From contig BROI01000013.1 in the NCBI GenBank assembly GCA_027923505.1, positions 682,001 through 746,000 on the forward strand: DNA of 64,000 nt, in the 5' to 3' direction. The notes under the pieces were generated by a model. That model saw only the letters and a program-made list of their open reading frames with translations. It ran no database searches and was not told the origin of the DNA. Each line of letters begins with the position of its first letter. Positions within the stretch are counted from its first letter, which is position 1. The translations under genes were made by a program, and so were the position numbers. The DNA comes from Mayamaea pseudoterrestris. Lineage: Eukaryota. Positions 9,564 through 21,100 of this stretch are shown piece by piece.

Positions 9564-11591
9564 CTACACGCACGCGCAGGTTGCGCAGGTACAATTCACC
9601 ACAGCGCAGCTAACGGACGTCGCAGTCGATCCGCACGTATCCACGATACCAGAAAAGGCATTGCCTTCCAGCGCAAGGTTGACAATCGCCGGAAAGCCAG
9701 CAAAGCTTGGAAGTGCTCCCGTCAGTAGATTCGTCGCCACGCTAAACGTTTTGACCGTTGCAATCGACAGGGCAGGCAATGTACCAGTCAGTGCGTTGTT
9801 GGAAACGCCAAAGGCCACGAGCGAACTCATACTTCCAATCGCTGTCGGAAACGTTCCAGTCAATGCGTTTGCGTCGAGCAAAAAGTTGCTGCACAACGTC
9901 AAGCCTCCCACAGCATCCGGAATGGTGCCAGTCAATCCACTCCCGACAATGTTGATCACCGTCGCTCCCGCCCATCCCGTCAATACACTTCCCGGCAGTG
10001 ACCCTTCAAACTGATGATCGTTCAACACAACCACACTCATTGACGTCAAATTGCCCAAGGTTTCCGGAATGTTGCCAGTCAAACCCGGCGAACCGGCCAC
10101 ACCCTTGACGTACAGTCGCGACAAGCTACTGAGCATGCTCAACTCGGCCGGCAAGCTGCCCGTCACATTGTTGCCGCTCAGTTCCAGTGTTTGGATGACA
10201 TCGGATTCGCAGATACTGGTGGGATCCTCCGCCGTCGTATACCACAAACACTCGTCCAAGTTTCCATCCCAGCCATCCTTCACAATCCAACTTGGTCCAT
10301 TGGTGGCATGGTAAAAGACGCGCATGGCGTAGCGCTGCAGCAAGCGAGTGTCGTCAAAGGATGTTTCGTTCGAGGTTGCGACGAACGCTAGATTCTGTGG
10401 TGTATCGGCCGTCAACAAGTTCTCGTCGCCGAGTGGACTGTTGGCGGAGATCAAGTCGAGCAAGTCTTGGTTGAAAAGTGGAGACGTTGGTGCGTTTGAT
10501 GGTGCAGCGGTTGGAGCAATGGTGATGTCGTCTCGTGCAAACGTGGGCGCCAACGTTGGTAGCTTGTCGTTATTGTTATTATTGTCAATTGCGTCGTTGC
10601 CACGAGTCGTTGGCGCAAACGTTGGTGATCTTCCATTCTTAATGTCACTTGCATTGTCGTTATTACTACTATTCCTTCGATTCAGTTGCCAGCCGATAAT
10701 GCCTCCCAGCAGCGCAAACAGCAAGACGCACGCTACCGCCAAGCCAACGACGAGCCACTTGATTGTCCGGTGCGTCGATTCCGTCACTGTGGTGGCTGGA
10801 TGCTGCTTGCTGGTGGTGGCTGGAGCGTAGAGCTGGTGGTTGCTTTCGGATGCGGCGTAAATGTTTGGAATCATGGGAATCATATTGTCGTTGCTATTGT
10901 TGCTTTGCAAATATCCATCTTGTTCGTCGTTTCCATGAGGAAGTGTAGTACTGGGAAACTGCTCGCTGCTGCCGCCATAAACGTCTTGCGCGGAAGCGTT
11001 TAATCCCAGCGGTGCCAGCGTTTCGGGAATGTAATCCTCGGAATCGTCGCGCGACGCGCGCCGCTGCTTTGGCTGCGGAGGCTCGTCCCGGTGATGCGTC
11101 ATGCTGGTGTTACTGTTACTGATGCTATTGCTGCTACTCGCGATTGGTTGCTGCTGCTGAAAGTAGGATGGATCCTGCGTCGGATCGTATTCACTAGAAA
11201 CTCGTGGATTCGTCTTCGTCTTTTCCGATATTCCGCGATAACCAACGTATTGGTTCGGCTCCACGACAGTGGCTGAATTTCCAAGGGGAGGCGTCGGAGG
11301 CTGCAGCAAATCCGCGTTACTTCGAGCCGTCGCGGCCAGTGGAGGAGAGATTGGTCGGCTTGGCTGCTGCGGCGGTGACGACACAACGCCTCGCTTGTTG
11401 CTGCTGCTCGTTGATGCCACCGGACTGCTGCTAGTCGTAGTATACGGCTTGCTATTGTTGCTGTTATATCCTCTTCCTCCTCCAAGAGCACCGCCAATGT
11501 CCTCCTGGTCGTCCTCGTCACTAAAGTCGTCCTCGTCGCTGTCGTCGTCCGCGTTGAAGAAGGACTTGCCGACTGCTCGTCCGCCGTACAT
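9564..11591 (-). CDS. Diatom-type single-pass LRR membrane protein (disordered N-term, TM, PT-rich stalk, LRR, Cys-rich end)
   Basis: TM WLVVGLAVACVLLFALLGGIIGW, APT repeats, PQNLAF..RYAMRVFYHATNGPSW..ECLWY cap, plant-like LRRs (NxLTGTxP) and C-terminal Cys cluster. Confidence 0.9.
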   Translation of the reverse strand: MYGGRAVGKSFFNADDDSDEDDFSDEDDQEDIGGALGGGRGYNSNNSKPYTTTSSSPVASTSSSNKRGVVSSPPQQPSRPISPPLAATARSNADLLQPPTPPLGNSATVVEPNQYVGYRGISEKTKTNPRVSSEYDPTQDPSYFQQQQPIASSSNSISNSNTSMTHHRDEPPQPKQRRASRDDSEDYIPETLAPLGLNASAQDVYGGSSEQFPSTTLPHGNDEQDGYLQSNNSNDNMIPMIPNIYAASESNHQLYAPATTSKQHPATTVTESTHRTIKWLVVGLAVACVLLFALLGGIIGWQLNRRNSSNNDNASDIKNGRSPTFAPTTRGNDAIDNNNNNDKLPTLAPTFARDDITIAPTAAPSNAPTSPLFNQDLLDLISANSPLGDENLLTADTPQNLAFVATSNETSFDDTRLLQRYAMRVFYHATNGPSWIVKDGWDGNLDECLWYTTAEDPTSICESDVIQTLELSGNNVTGSLPAELSMLSSLSRLYVKGVAGSPGLTGNIPETLGNLTSMSVVVLNDHQFEGSLPGSVLTGWAGATVINIVGSGLTGTIPDAVGGLTLCSNFLLDANALTGTFPTAIGSMSSLVAFGVSNNALTGTLPALSIATVKTFSVATNLLTGALPSFAGFPAIVNLALEGNAFSGIVDTCGSTATSVSCAVVNCTCATCACV

Positions 11592-11608
11592 GTGCAGTGA
11601 TTCTGTGA

Positions 11609-11646
11609 TGCTAGTTGCTAGTTGCTTTGCTAGTTGCTAGTTGCTA
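11609..11646. repeat. Short tandem repeat of TGCTAGT just upstream of the LRR gene start
   Basis: tgctagt tgctagt tgctt tgctagt tgctagt tgcta. Confidence 0.8.
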
Positions 11647-12054
11647 ATACACACTCGTCTCGTTCCTTGTCGTCTTTGGCTCGAGTATATATTCAAGAGA
11701 GTCACTTGCTAGTTCAAGTAGTTGCGCTTTGGACGCGATGTGCTCATCACGCCATCACAAGAGACTTCACCTCACACCAATGTCGAGAATGACCCATCGA
11801 AAATGTCTGGCGCGCCTGTCACGCACGTCCACAAGTTTGGTCATGATTTCATGAATACTGCAATGACTCACCAACGTTTGTACAGTATATACCATACTAA
11901 AACTGCGAATGAGTCGTTTCAATCTTGCATGACCAAAAATATGCGCGCGCGGCCAGTCGCAACGTCAACTCTCACTATTGCCTGCCGAAACGTTTGACAC
12001 TCGTCGATGCACACAACTTCGCGTGCGCCATTGAACGCTATCATAGTCTCCATC

Positions 12055-12583
12055 ATGTCATCCACTACTACCGACAGTCCATCCAAGAGGACCGCAGAGA
12101 ACGATGCAGAAGGTAAACAGGAAGCAAAGAAACGCAAGCATGAGGAGGGTAATGACGACGACGAAAAGGCGACTGCTGAGTTGCCGGTAAATGGCGACAA
12201 GAATAATGACGACAGTGAGCCTGCGAAAGACAAGAATGATGCACCTTTGAATGAGAAACCATCGACTGACAATGCGGACAACGATTCCGATAAAGACTCA
12301 AACAAAGAAGTAAGTGATAAAGTAGCCAACGATGACGGAGCGGATGATGATGCCGGAGCAAATGGCGACGATGAAGATGATGATGAAGAAGGTGATGATG
12401 ATGTCCAGTATGATGAAGATGATGATGAAGAAGATGACGACGATGATGATTTCCAGTACGACGACGAAGGTGGCTACGCGTTTATTGGTTTTCAACATCG
12501 ATTTTGACGTGGCACAAAATTATGAAGACCAGAACAGCTTCCATACTATCGAGTTCACCGTCACTACTAATCGACCTCCATAA
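12055..12583 (+). CDS. Small highly acidic hypothetical protein, probably frameshifted or truncated
   Basis: MSSTTTDSPSKR...AKKRK (NLS-like) followed by a D/E tract. The frame ends at 12507, but removing one T from the run 12489-12492 continues FIGFNIDFDVAQNYEDQ... to 12583. Confidence 0.5.
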
Positions 12584-13386
12584 CCTTTATAATGCTAACT
12601 CACTTCTTATATGAAAAGTGCTACAGAAAGTGCACAACATAACTTCTCGGCAATCTTGTAGGCTTGTACTCCTTGTAAAACTGCGTGCACATTAGCTATG
12701 CTATCACTATTATGGCGCCATCCTCGGTTCGATGGAATGAAGTCACACTGTGCTTTAAAAAGCAGCATGTTCCGGAACCAAACCGAGGATTAACAGCTGT
12801 ATCACTCTTATCACGCTGCTTTTTTCTTGTCTGCATGTGTACTATATCCTGCATACAAGGCATCACACACCATGACAAGTAAAGGTATCGCGACAGGCAC
12901 TCTTTTTTTTGCAACCTGCTACATACTTGGAATGTCGCTTTGGTAAATTACAATCCGTTAATCTCTTACCTATGTGTATATGGTGTCAGGGTTTGATGTT
13001 GAGCCTCGTTGTACACACAAGGGGATTTCATGAAGAGAAAGAAAACAGTTCTTTTCTTGCAGTGCCCTGGCATTATCACACAGAGAGAAGGCATGCATGC
13101 TTGGAATGCTAATATGTTTCGCTCACTTTTTATTGTCCGATGGGTCTTTCCTCCCCTGCACGGGAATGACTATAATCGTCAGCTGTGAGAGCAAGTAGTC
13201 CATAGCAAAAGCGTACGCCGCAGCACGACTCGTAAACGTCACGCACGACTTGAATGTGACTAGTCGTGTCGCGCCGTCTTCACCATGGCATCATTCGATC
13301 ATTCGATGCACTCTCTGCACCGACATGATTCTCCCAAACGACGCAGCAGCATGACTGTTATGCTGCGCGATCAATAACAATAAACA

Positions 13387-14805
13387 ATGACTCGCCAGAC
13401 TGCTGCTGGATTCAAGTCGTCGCAGCAGCAGCAGCAGCAGCAACTCTTCGTTCGCCGTTACGGCAAGCGACTCGTTCCATGCCTCCTTCTAGCCGCTATA
13501 GCAATTCTGTTGCTTCACATGAACATGAAATACTACAAGCAAGCCACTGAGTATGCTGCTTCTGATGCGGAAACGAATGAGCGACGCTTCCAGGCCTTTG
13601 TTAAAAGCAGCAGCCATCCGCAAGAAAACGATCAAGTCGCGTCGGATGTTATTCATTCGAACCAGACTGCAGCATCATATACTACTACTACTCGACCTCC
13701 ACTATCGTCTCTCCATATACTTGCCGGAACAAACATTATTGGAAACGTTCAATTCCTGCTGGACTTTGTCATTATTGGCTTCGCCAAGTGCGGCACCACC
13801 TCGATATTGAAATGGCTCGACCAAGACGCTCGCATTGCCACGTTTCCGGATGAAGTGTGGAGTTTGAAGCGCAACCTGCCGCATCAGCTGGTGCGGCGCC
13901 TGTACTATCTAGTGCCGGTGAATCGCGACGCAAACGACCATCATGTGGCAAATCAAATGTCGTCATTCTACAAGAGAGGCTACAAGAATCCAGCCGAAGT
14001 GACCGACACCATTGTCCTATCGAAATACTATCGCAAGTACTGGCCGCAGACGAGACTCATTGTCAGTGTTCGTCATCCCTACGAATGGTTTGTTTCCTTG
14101 TACAATTTTCGCGTCCAAAACTTGGAAACGATTCCGTCGGCCGACCGCTTGGTGGGGCCATGCTTCAAGGGCATGAAGTCAACGTGTACGCACAAGGGCA
14201 ACTTTGCCTACCACTTGATGCGCATGGGAAAGCAAAACTATAAATTATATGAAAACAAGAATGATGAAGAGGAGCAAACGTTGCCATTCACCATGAACGA
14301 GTCGGCCCGACACGAGTTGGAGCATGAGATTGTTCATTTTTACAAGCTCCTATCGTTCAATCACACGGCCATTGCACCACTACCGAATTCAGTCTTTATC
14401 ATGGACGTTTCGCAACTCTCCGACGCCAACGACACGAGGCGCTACCAGTTTCGTCAGGATGTCACGGACTTTTTGCAGCTCAACGACGTGAGCAGCAACC
14501 AACAACACAAGTTACTGCCCGATCCACTGCACGCGCCCCGCGTCAAGCCGGGTCGCACCAACGTTTCCGAGTCCATTCAGGCAACCAAGGCGGCGAAGCG
14601 ATTGACCATGCAGCAAGTTTGCCACGACGCCATTTACGAGTCGCTGCGCGCCGAGCTGCTGCGTTTGGCGCGCACGAGCAGCCTGTGGATCCGGCACGTC
14701 TTTCTCAAGTCACCGGGTGTCTACTGCAGTGACGAGTCGCATCTGCAAGACGTGCTGGCGAAATGGATGGTGGATCCGTGTGTGTCTGATGCTGCTTTGA
14801 GATGA
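13387..14805 (+). CDS. Type II membrane sulfotransferase-like protein (heparan-sulfate sulfotransferase-like fold)
   Basis: N-terminal TM anchor, 5'-PSB-like DFVIIGFAKCGTTSI and 3'-PB-like LIVSVRHPYEWFVSLYNF. Confidence 0.85.
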   Translation: MTRQTAAGFKSSQQQQQQQLFVRRYGKRLVPCLLLAAIAILLLHMNMKYYKQATEYAASDAETNERRFQAFVKSSSHPQENDQVASDVIHSNQTAASYTTTTRPPLSSLHILAGTNIIGNVQFLLDFVIIGFAKCGTTSILKWLDQDARIATFPDEVWSLKRNLPHQLVRRLYYLVPVNRDANDHHVANQMSSFYKRGYKNPAEVTDTIVLSKYYRKYWPQTRLIVSVRHPYEWFVSLYNFRVQNLETIPSADRLVGPCFKGMKSTCTHKGNFAYHLMRMGKQNYKLYENKNDEEEQTLPFTMNESARHELEHEIVHFYKLLSFNHTAIAPLPNSVFIMDVSQLSDANDTRRYQFRQDVTDFLQLNDVSSNQQHKLLPDPLHAPRVKPGRTNVSESIQATKAAKRLTMQQVCHDAIYESLRAELLRLARTSSLWIRHVFLKSPGVYCSDESHLQDVLAKWMVDPCVSDAALR

Positions 14806-15148
14806 TAATGTTGTGATGGACATTGTAAACAGCACGAGGCAACGGCGCCAAGCGCACGTATAAATGCTCGTGTGTGACAGCAGTCGCGCATTCCACTGCA
14901 CCCTTTACTGCTTGTCTTGCTTGGCAACGAATACTCAAAGCGTACCAACATGATTGAATGCCTGCAGCAACGTGAGATGATTTGCTTTGCTACGCATGCT
15001 TGACGTCATTGCACAAGAAAAGCAGCATGCCGGTCGCCGTCGTGCCGACGAATTGACTTTGCGTAAAGTAACAATTGAGTAATTAAAATATAATAAACAT
15101 TTGGGTTATTAATAAACATATAAGAGACATAAAAATACGCCAACACTC

Positions 15149-18100
15149 TTAGCTGGAAGCAACCAAGCATAGAGAGGGATCATCCAAGGTACATGTGCAA
15201 ACGCCCGATGAGTCGCAGCAGTGCGAGAAGCACAGGGCAATCACTTCCTCGCAGTCAATGTAGGAAACAGGAAATATCGTATCGTAAAGAGTGCAGACAG
15301 CGTCAGGCACAATACCAGTCAAACTGTTCGCATCGAGTCGAATTAAAACAATCTTTGATACATTGGCCAAAGCAGCAGGCACCGACCCCGTCAGGAGGTT
15401 TTCGTTTAAAAAGAGTTTCTCCAAGTTTACCAACCCGCCAATCGTCGACGGTATTGTGCCAACGAGCGCATTGTTGCTCAAGTCAAGATTGTCGCGAAGA
15501 GTCGATAGCGCTCCAATGGCAGATGGAATCGAGCCAGTGAGATTGTTGCCACTCAGATCCAGCGAACGAATTTTAGAAAGACCTCCAATGCTGGCCGGCA
15601 ACGCGCCTCCATAACCATTGTTGCGTAAACTCAGCGACCGCAACAGGGAGAGCTGGAACAAACCAGCCGGAGGAGGACCGAACTTGTTGTCGCCAAGATC
15701 CAACTCGCGTAGATTCCCAAGGGCAGCAATCTCGGTTGGAATGGCACCCGAAAGCTCGTTTGCTGCGAGACTGAAACTTGACAACGATGTAGCTGAAGAA
15801 AGGAACGTTCCAGGCAGGGTTCCGGTGAGCCCGTTACCATTCAAGTTGATAGTCTTAAGTTTTCCAAGTGCGGACCAATCTGGGAAAGAACCTGTAATTG
15901 CTTGCGCTGTATTCAGTGGGTTGGCAATGCTGATGGTTGTCAACGAGCTTAACAAGTTAAAAACGTATGGAAACTCTCCCTGGACGTTGTTATTATCCAA
16001 GCCAAGACCAGCGAATCCTCCGTCGGCATCGCACGGCGAAGTGAGCGTCGAGTACCAGTCACATTCGGACGAGTCTGAAAGCCATCCGGTCTGAACGGTC
16101 CAATTATCGCCATTCATTGCGTAGTACACGGTCGCTAGACCATACCGAGATATTACTTGCGACTCAGGATACATCAAAAGGCTGGGGTTGTCTTCGAGCA
16201 ACCAGTTGAATGCCATCCCTTGCGGCGCCGAGGGATCTAGCAGCACGGAGCAATCGGGTAATCCAGCATCGCACAACAAGTTGTATATAAAGTCTTTCAC
16301 CGGAGCAAACGTTGGCGCGCTTGTAGGCGTTGGAGTTATCGGAATTGGCGAGGTCGGTGAAGGTGCCGTCGTTGACGGGCTTTGCCTTTCCTCGGGATCA
16401 TTTCGGGCGAGGCCAAGCACGACGCCGGTAACCAAGGCGACAATGAGAAGCAAGACTGCACAGATAATAAGCATGAAGCAGCAGTCAGCATTTTGTCGCT
16501 CGTCATCAACAGGAAGTTTATCAATCTCTTCTTCGTCGTCCGCATCACCCATCATTACTCGTCGGTCATCTTCGGTTGCGCCGGTCCCATCGTCTAAACC
16601 AGGCAAAGATGCGTTTCCCTTCTCGACATCTGTCATTCCTTGGTATCCGCCGTCAGAACCTTCCTGAGAAATATCTTCTTCGAATGGCAGGAAGAGACCT
16701 TGCGACGGTTTTACCTGCTGGTGCGGACCAGTGGCTTCTTGTGCTAGATACTCGGGGGCTATCTTCCTTCCATACCCAATCGCATCTTCAAGTTCTCGAG
16801 ACAATTTGTCCGAATATATCTGGTCATCATACATCTGCCCGGACTCCAAATCTGCAGGATCGTGCTCGTCATCACCTACTATTTCTTCAATGACAGGTTC
16901 TTCGTCGAAAATCTCTTCCTCCGTTGCGTCGTCTTGCTCCTCTTCAACGACCTCCTCGAAAGGGTCATCTCCAGTATATTCTTCATGATATTGATCACCG
17001 TCGTCAGCATCATTATCATCGTCATCATCGTCCATAAGAACCTCCTCGTACATCACGTCGCCTTCCATAAACTCGATCACTTCAGATTGTTGCGTTGCGT
17101 CGGCATCAGCTTCAGTCCCGGAAACTTCCCCTTCTACGACATTCCGGTTTTCTGGCTCCTGCTGTGGAGGTACAGGTGCAGGAGCATCGCCTGCCTTTTC
17201 TTTTCGGCTCAATGGCCACCACCAGCGACGTTTGGAATCGCCGGATTTAACGTACTGCTTCTGCGCTTGGTACTCTTCTTGTTGTTTCCGAAGTGCTTCA
17301 ATTTGGCGCTTGAGTTCCTCGTTTTCGTGGGCCAACCCGGCGACCTTCTCGTCTTCGTATTCGTTAAGTACATCTCCGACACCTTCCGAAACTTCATCTC
17401 CGCCCTCTGTAGCACCAGAAGCATGACCGTCAACAAACATTAGGTCCTTTACAAATCTCTCATTTGCGACACTCTCGGCATCATCTTCAATGTCAACTTC
17501 GTTAGCAAGGCGCCCGGACGTGTCGTCGTCATTAAATCCTTGTAAACCGCCCTCTTCGTACACATCGAGCATTTTCGCTGAGACGTCACGCAAAGCTTGA
17601 TCTTCTTGCTCACCCTCCGAGTCTGAGCTAGATGAATGCACAATGTCGGGAACATTACTAAGGGCTTCCAAAAGTGCCTGGCTATTGTTCTCATCCTCGT
17701 CGTCAACCGCCTCGCTTTCATCCGCATCCGATATGGTCGCAGATTCGTCATCCATAATCTCCTCCTCAACTTCATCATCGCCCTCGACAGTCGCAAGAAT
17801 CGGAAGTATACTTCGGTCGTTTTCATCATTCTGACTGAATTCGCCAGCGGGTAGTTCATCATCAACGACTTCTCCTATTTCGCCAATTTCTGTCAAGCTG
17901 CCTTCAAGCGCATTAGACTCGTCAACCTCCACAATGTTTTCCGAAGCGTCCGGCTCATCCTCATTTTGCTTTTCTTCAGACACATTAACAGCAGCAGTCA
18001 TTTTTCTTCGACGTGCCATGATTGCAGCCATCTCCGAATTTAAATTTGACAAACTGTCATCGTCACTTTTAGTTTCAGTTTCTTTGTCTCCAAGTATCAT

Positions 18101-21100
18101 TTCTTCCGGCGCGTCGGCCACAGATCGGCGGGCTGCCATGACTGCCGCTACTTCCGGAATCAGATTGGAAAGACTATCTTCTTCGTTTTCAATCTCGGCT
18201 TCTTTGTCTGCATATGGCATCTCTTTGGGAGACTCGACTACGGATCTGCGACGGGCCATTATTGCGGCCATTTCAGGACTCACATTCGATACATTTGACA
18301 CATTCTCGTCGGTCTTCTTCGCTGGTTCTGTTTCTGCAATGACATTATCGCGCTGCTTGCGGCGCGCCATTATCGCAGCCATTTCCGGACTCACGGACAA
18401 ACTCTTAACGTCTTCCTTCTTCCTTTCGAGGTGCATGGTATCTTTTTTGGCGTCAGCTGCAGCCCGACGCTTGGCTAAAACTGCCGCCATCTCGTCTTGC
18501 TTATCTTCGCGTGGTGGAGGAGGTACAGCGCGCTTCCCGCGACTAAGAAAGCCCGGCTTCTTTGCTGGCTCAAGCTCTGCTTCTTTGGATGTTAATTCGG
18601 GCACTTCCTCATCATCCGATGCAATGGTCGCAGTCGCAGCTGCCGGCGTCGCAGCCGTAGCAGCGATGAGAGCAAGTTTAGCTGATTTATCTTCTTCAAC
18701 AGCATTGTCCAGCAGTTCCATCTGTCGGTCCTCAGATTCATCTTGGGAAACCGTCGCAGCCGATTCTCCTTCAACAGCATTGTCCGGCGTTTCCATCTGT
18801 CGGCCCTCACAATCATCTTGCGAAATTCGGGTGCACACAAAGCAGATTCCCGTCTAAACTCATCGTCAATCGTCTCGTCGTCATCTTCAATAAGTGACTG
18901 GTCTTCATCATCAATCGACTCGTCGTCATCTTCTTTAAGCGACTGGTCCTCAACGTCATCAACTTCTTCCTCTACAGATTCAGCATCGACAGATTCAGCA
19001 TCGACCGGTTCTTCAATAAAAGACTCTACTAGATCGGACTGATCGTCATCGGAGTCGTCCTCACTATCAACATCCACATCAAAGTCGTTATTCACTGAAG
19101 TTGCAACTTCATTTATGCTTTCGTTGTCACCGCCTGCCTCTCCGACTGCGATGGCCCTTTTATCATAATCATCGTGACTGGAGAATTCGACGTCCAAACC
19201 AGAAGGGGTTGCTGCTCGCTCACCACCATCGTCGGGAGCAGATGTTAAAGTTGGGGGTTGCTGCTGTAGTCTTCTGAGCTCTTCTATTTGCTTCAAAAGT
19301 TCGGCATTGGCGCGGGCAAGCTCAGCAACTCTCTCGTCTTCTTGTTGCTGAATCGGCGACAAACCAGTGTCAGTCTGATTTGCATTCTGATCCTGCGACG
19401 CAATCTCGCGAGCGTCAGGTTCAGCAGCCGGTTCGCTGGATCGACCTCGACGCCCCACTAGACCACCAAAGAACCTGTTCTTCTTCTTCTTGTCCTTCCC
19501 ATCATCAACAGCTGCCAAAGCTCCCACGTTGCCTAACTCATCTGATTGTTTCAGATCAGGTTGAGGTTCTTGTGACCGTCCACGACGTCTCAGCAGTCCT
19601 AAGTATCCTTTCTTTTTTGCTTGTTGGCCGGTTGTGTGGTCTGGTGGTGTCTCAAATTCGTCGCCCGTCACTGCGGAGGTGCCTACAACGTTTGCGCTAG
19701 TTGCTTCTATATTCTTTAATTCAGAAGTTGACCCAGCGTCGATTTGAATATTTTCATTAGCGACGCTGCGATCATGTAAATCTGTGCTTGTTGCAACATT
19801 TTCGTCTTCCACTTCGTCAGTTATACGACGACCGACTGAACCACCAAAACCAATTGCGTTAGTCAATAGCTCTACTCGTTCAAATTTCAGCTCCGTTTCA
19901 TCGGTAACTGTCCTATTGGCAGCCTCATCACTATCGTCGGATATTTTTATAGCTGATAAATTGTCATCCGATGCACCAATCGACTGTAAATCGTCGTCGT
20001 CGTCGTCATCATCATCATCTTCTTCCTCTTCTTCATCATCATCGTCATCATCCGCCGAGGAAGTGCCAACTGATACGGAAGCCGCAGCAGTCTCCGCTTC
20101 AGCTGTAGACTCTTCCATCTTTGTTTGAGTCGACGCAGTCGCAGCTTGTAATTCGTCATCTTGGTCATCCGATGCAGAACTCGAGTCGTCGGATGCAGCA
20201 GCTGAAATGGTGCTCTCTTCCGATGACGTTTGCTGGGATGGAATTAAATCTTCGGCCAACTGAGCATCACGACTGCCACCTGACTCGTTCACTTCTATAT
20301 CAGAATTGTCGTCACTGGATGTCTCAAATACAGCGGAATCGATCGCCTCATGACCATCATGTCCAACTGTCTGCGCTGTATCCTCTCGACTAAAGTCGTC
20401 GACTGCTTCATCGGCGACAGCATCGACGACAGGTGAGTCGTTGTATAGTCCCTCAGCAACAGCGTCGTCACTCTTGTCGGTAGACTTTGCTCCAGCATCA
20501 ACAGCGACCGCATTGATATCAAGGACTTCTACAGCAGCAACAGCGGCGGATTCATCGGTCTCCTCAAATACGTGTGTAACAGCGCTCTTTTCTTCCTCAA
20601 CCGCTTGAGTGCTATCAACATTAAAAGAATCGGACGTCGTTGCTGTAGCTTTTTCGCGTTTGCCCCTCCGCTGCCCAAAGAGTCCACTTTTCTTGTCATC
20701 TTCCTCTGCAGGCTCGACCGTATCTCGTTCCTTCGATTTGCCGCGTCGCTTGATAATCCCACCAAAGAACCGATTCTTCTTTTTCGAAACATGGTCATGC
20801 TCGTCTTGGTCCGCGATAGACAACTTTTGAGACTCATTTGCCTTGACTTCCTCCTCATTCGACTCAATGGCCTTTGTAGGCATTTGCTGGTGGTCCGTGT
20901 CGGCTGCTGCAACCACTAGTTCAGCTTCGGCTGTGTTCCTTTCTCCTTCCCCATCATCATGCGTTAAAGCATTCGCTTCCGCTACTGATACGCCCTCTAC
21001 CTCGACTGGATCCGTAGCACCGACATGCTCCTCCTCTCCTTGTCCCTCGTCCTCGCCAATCCCTGCAACAACTTCATGTAAATTGTCAGCCTCCACAACA

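Noticed and set aside
12720..12790. 10-bp perfect inverted repeat ATCCTCGGTT/AACCGAGGAT with an inner TGCTTT/AAAGCA stem (MITE or H/ACA-like)
   Set aside because: Single copy, no target-site duplication; a few such repeats are expected by chance in 64 kb.
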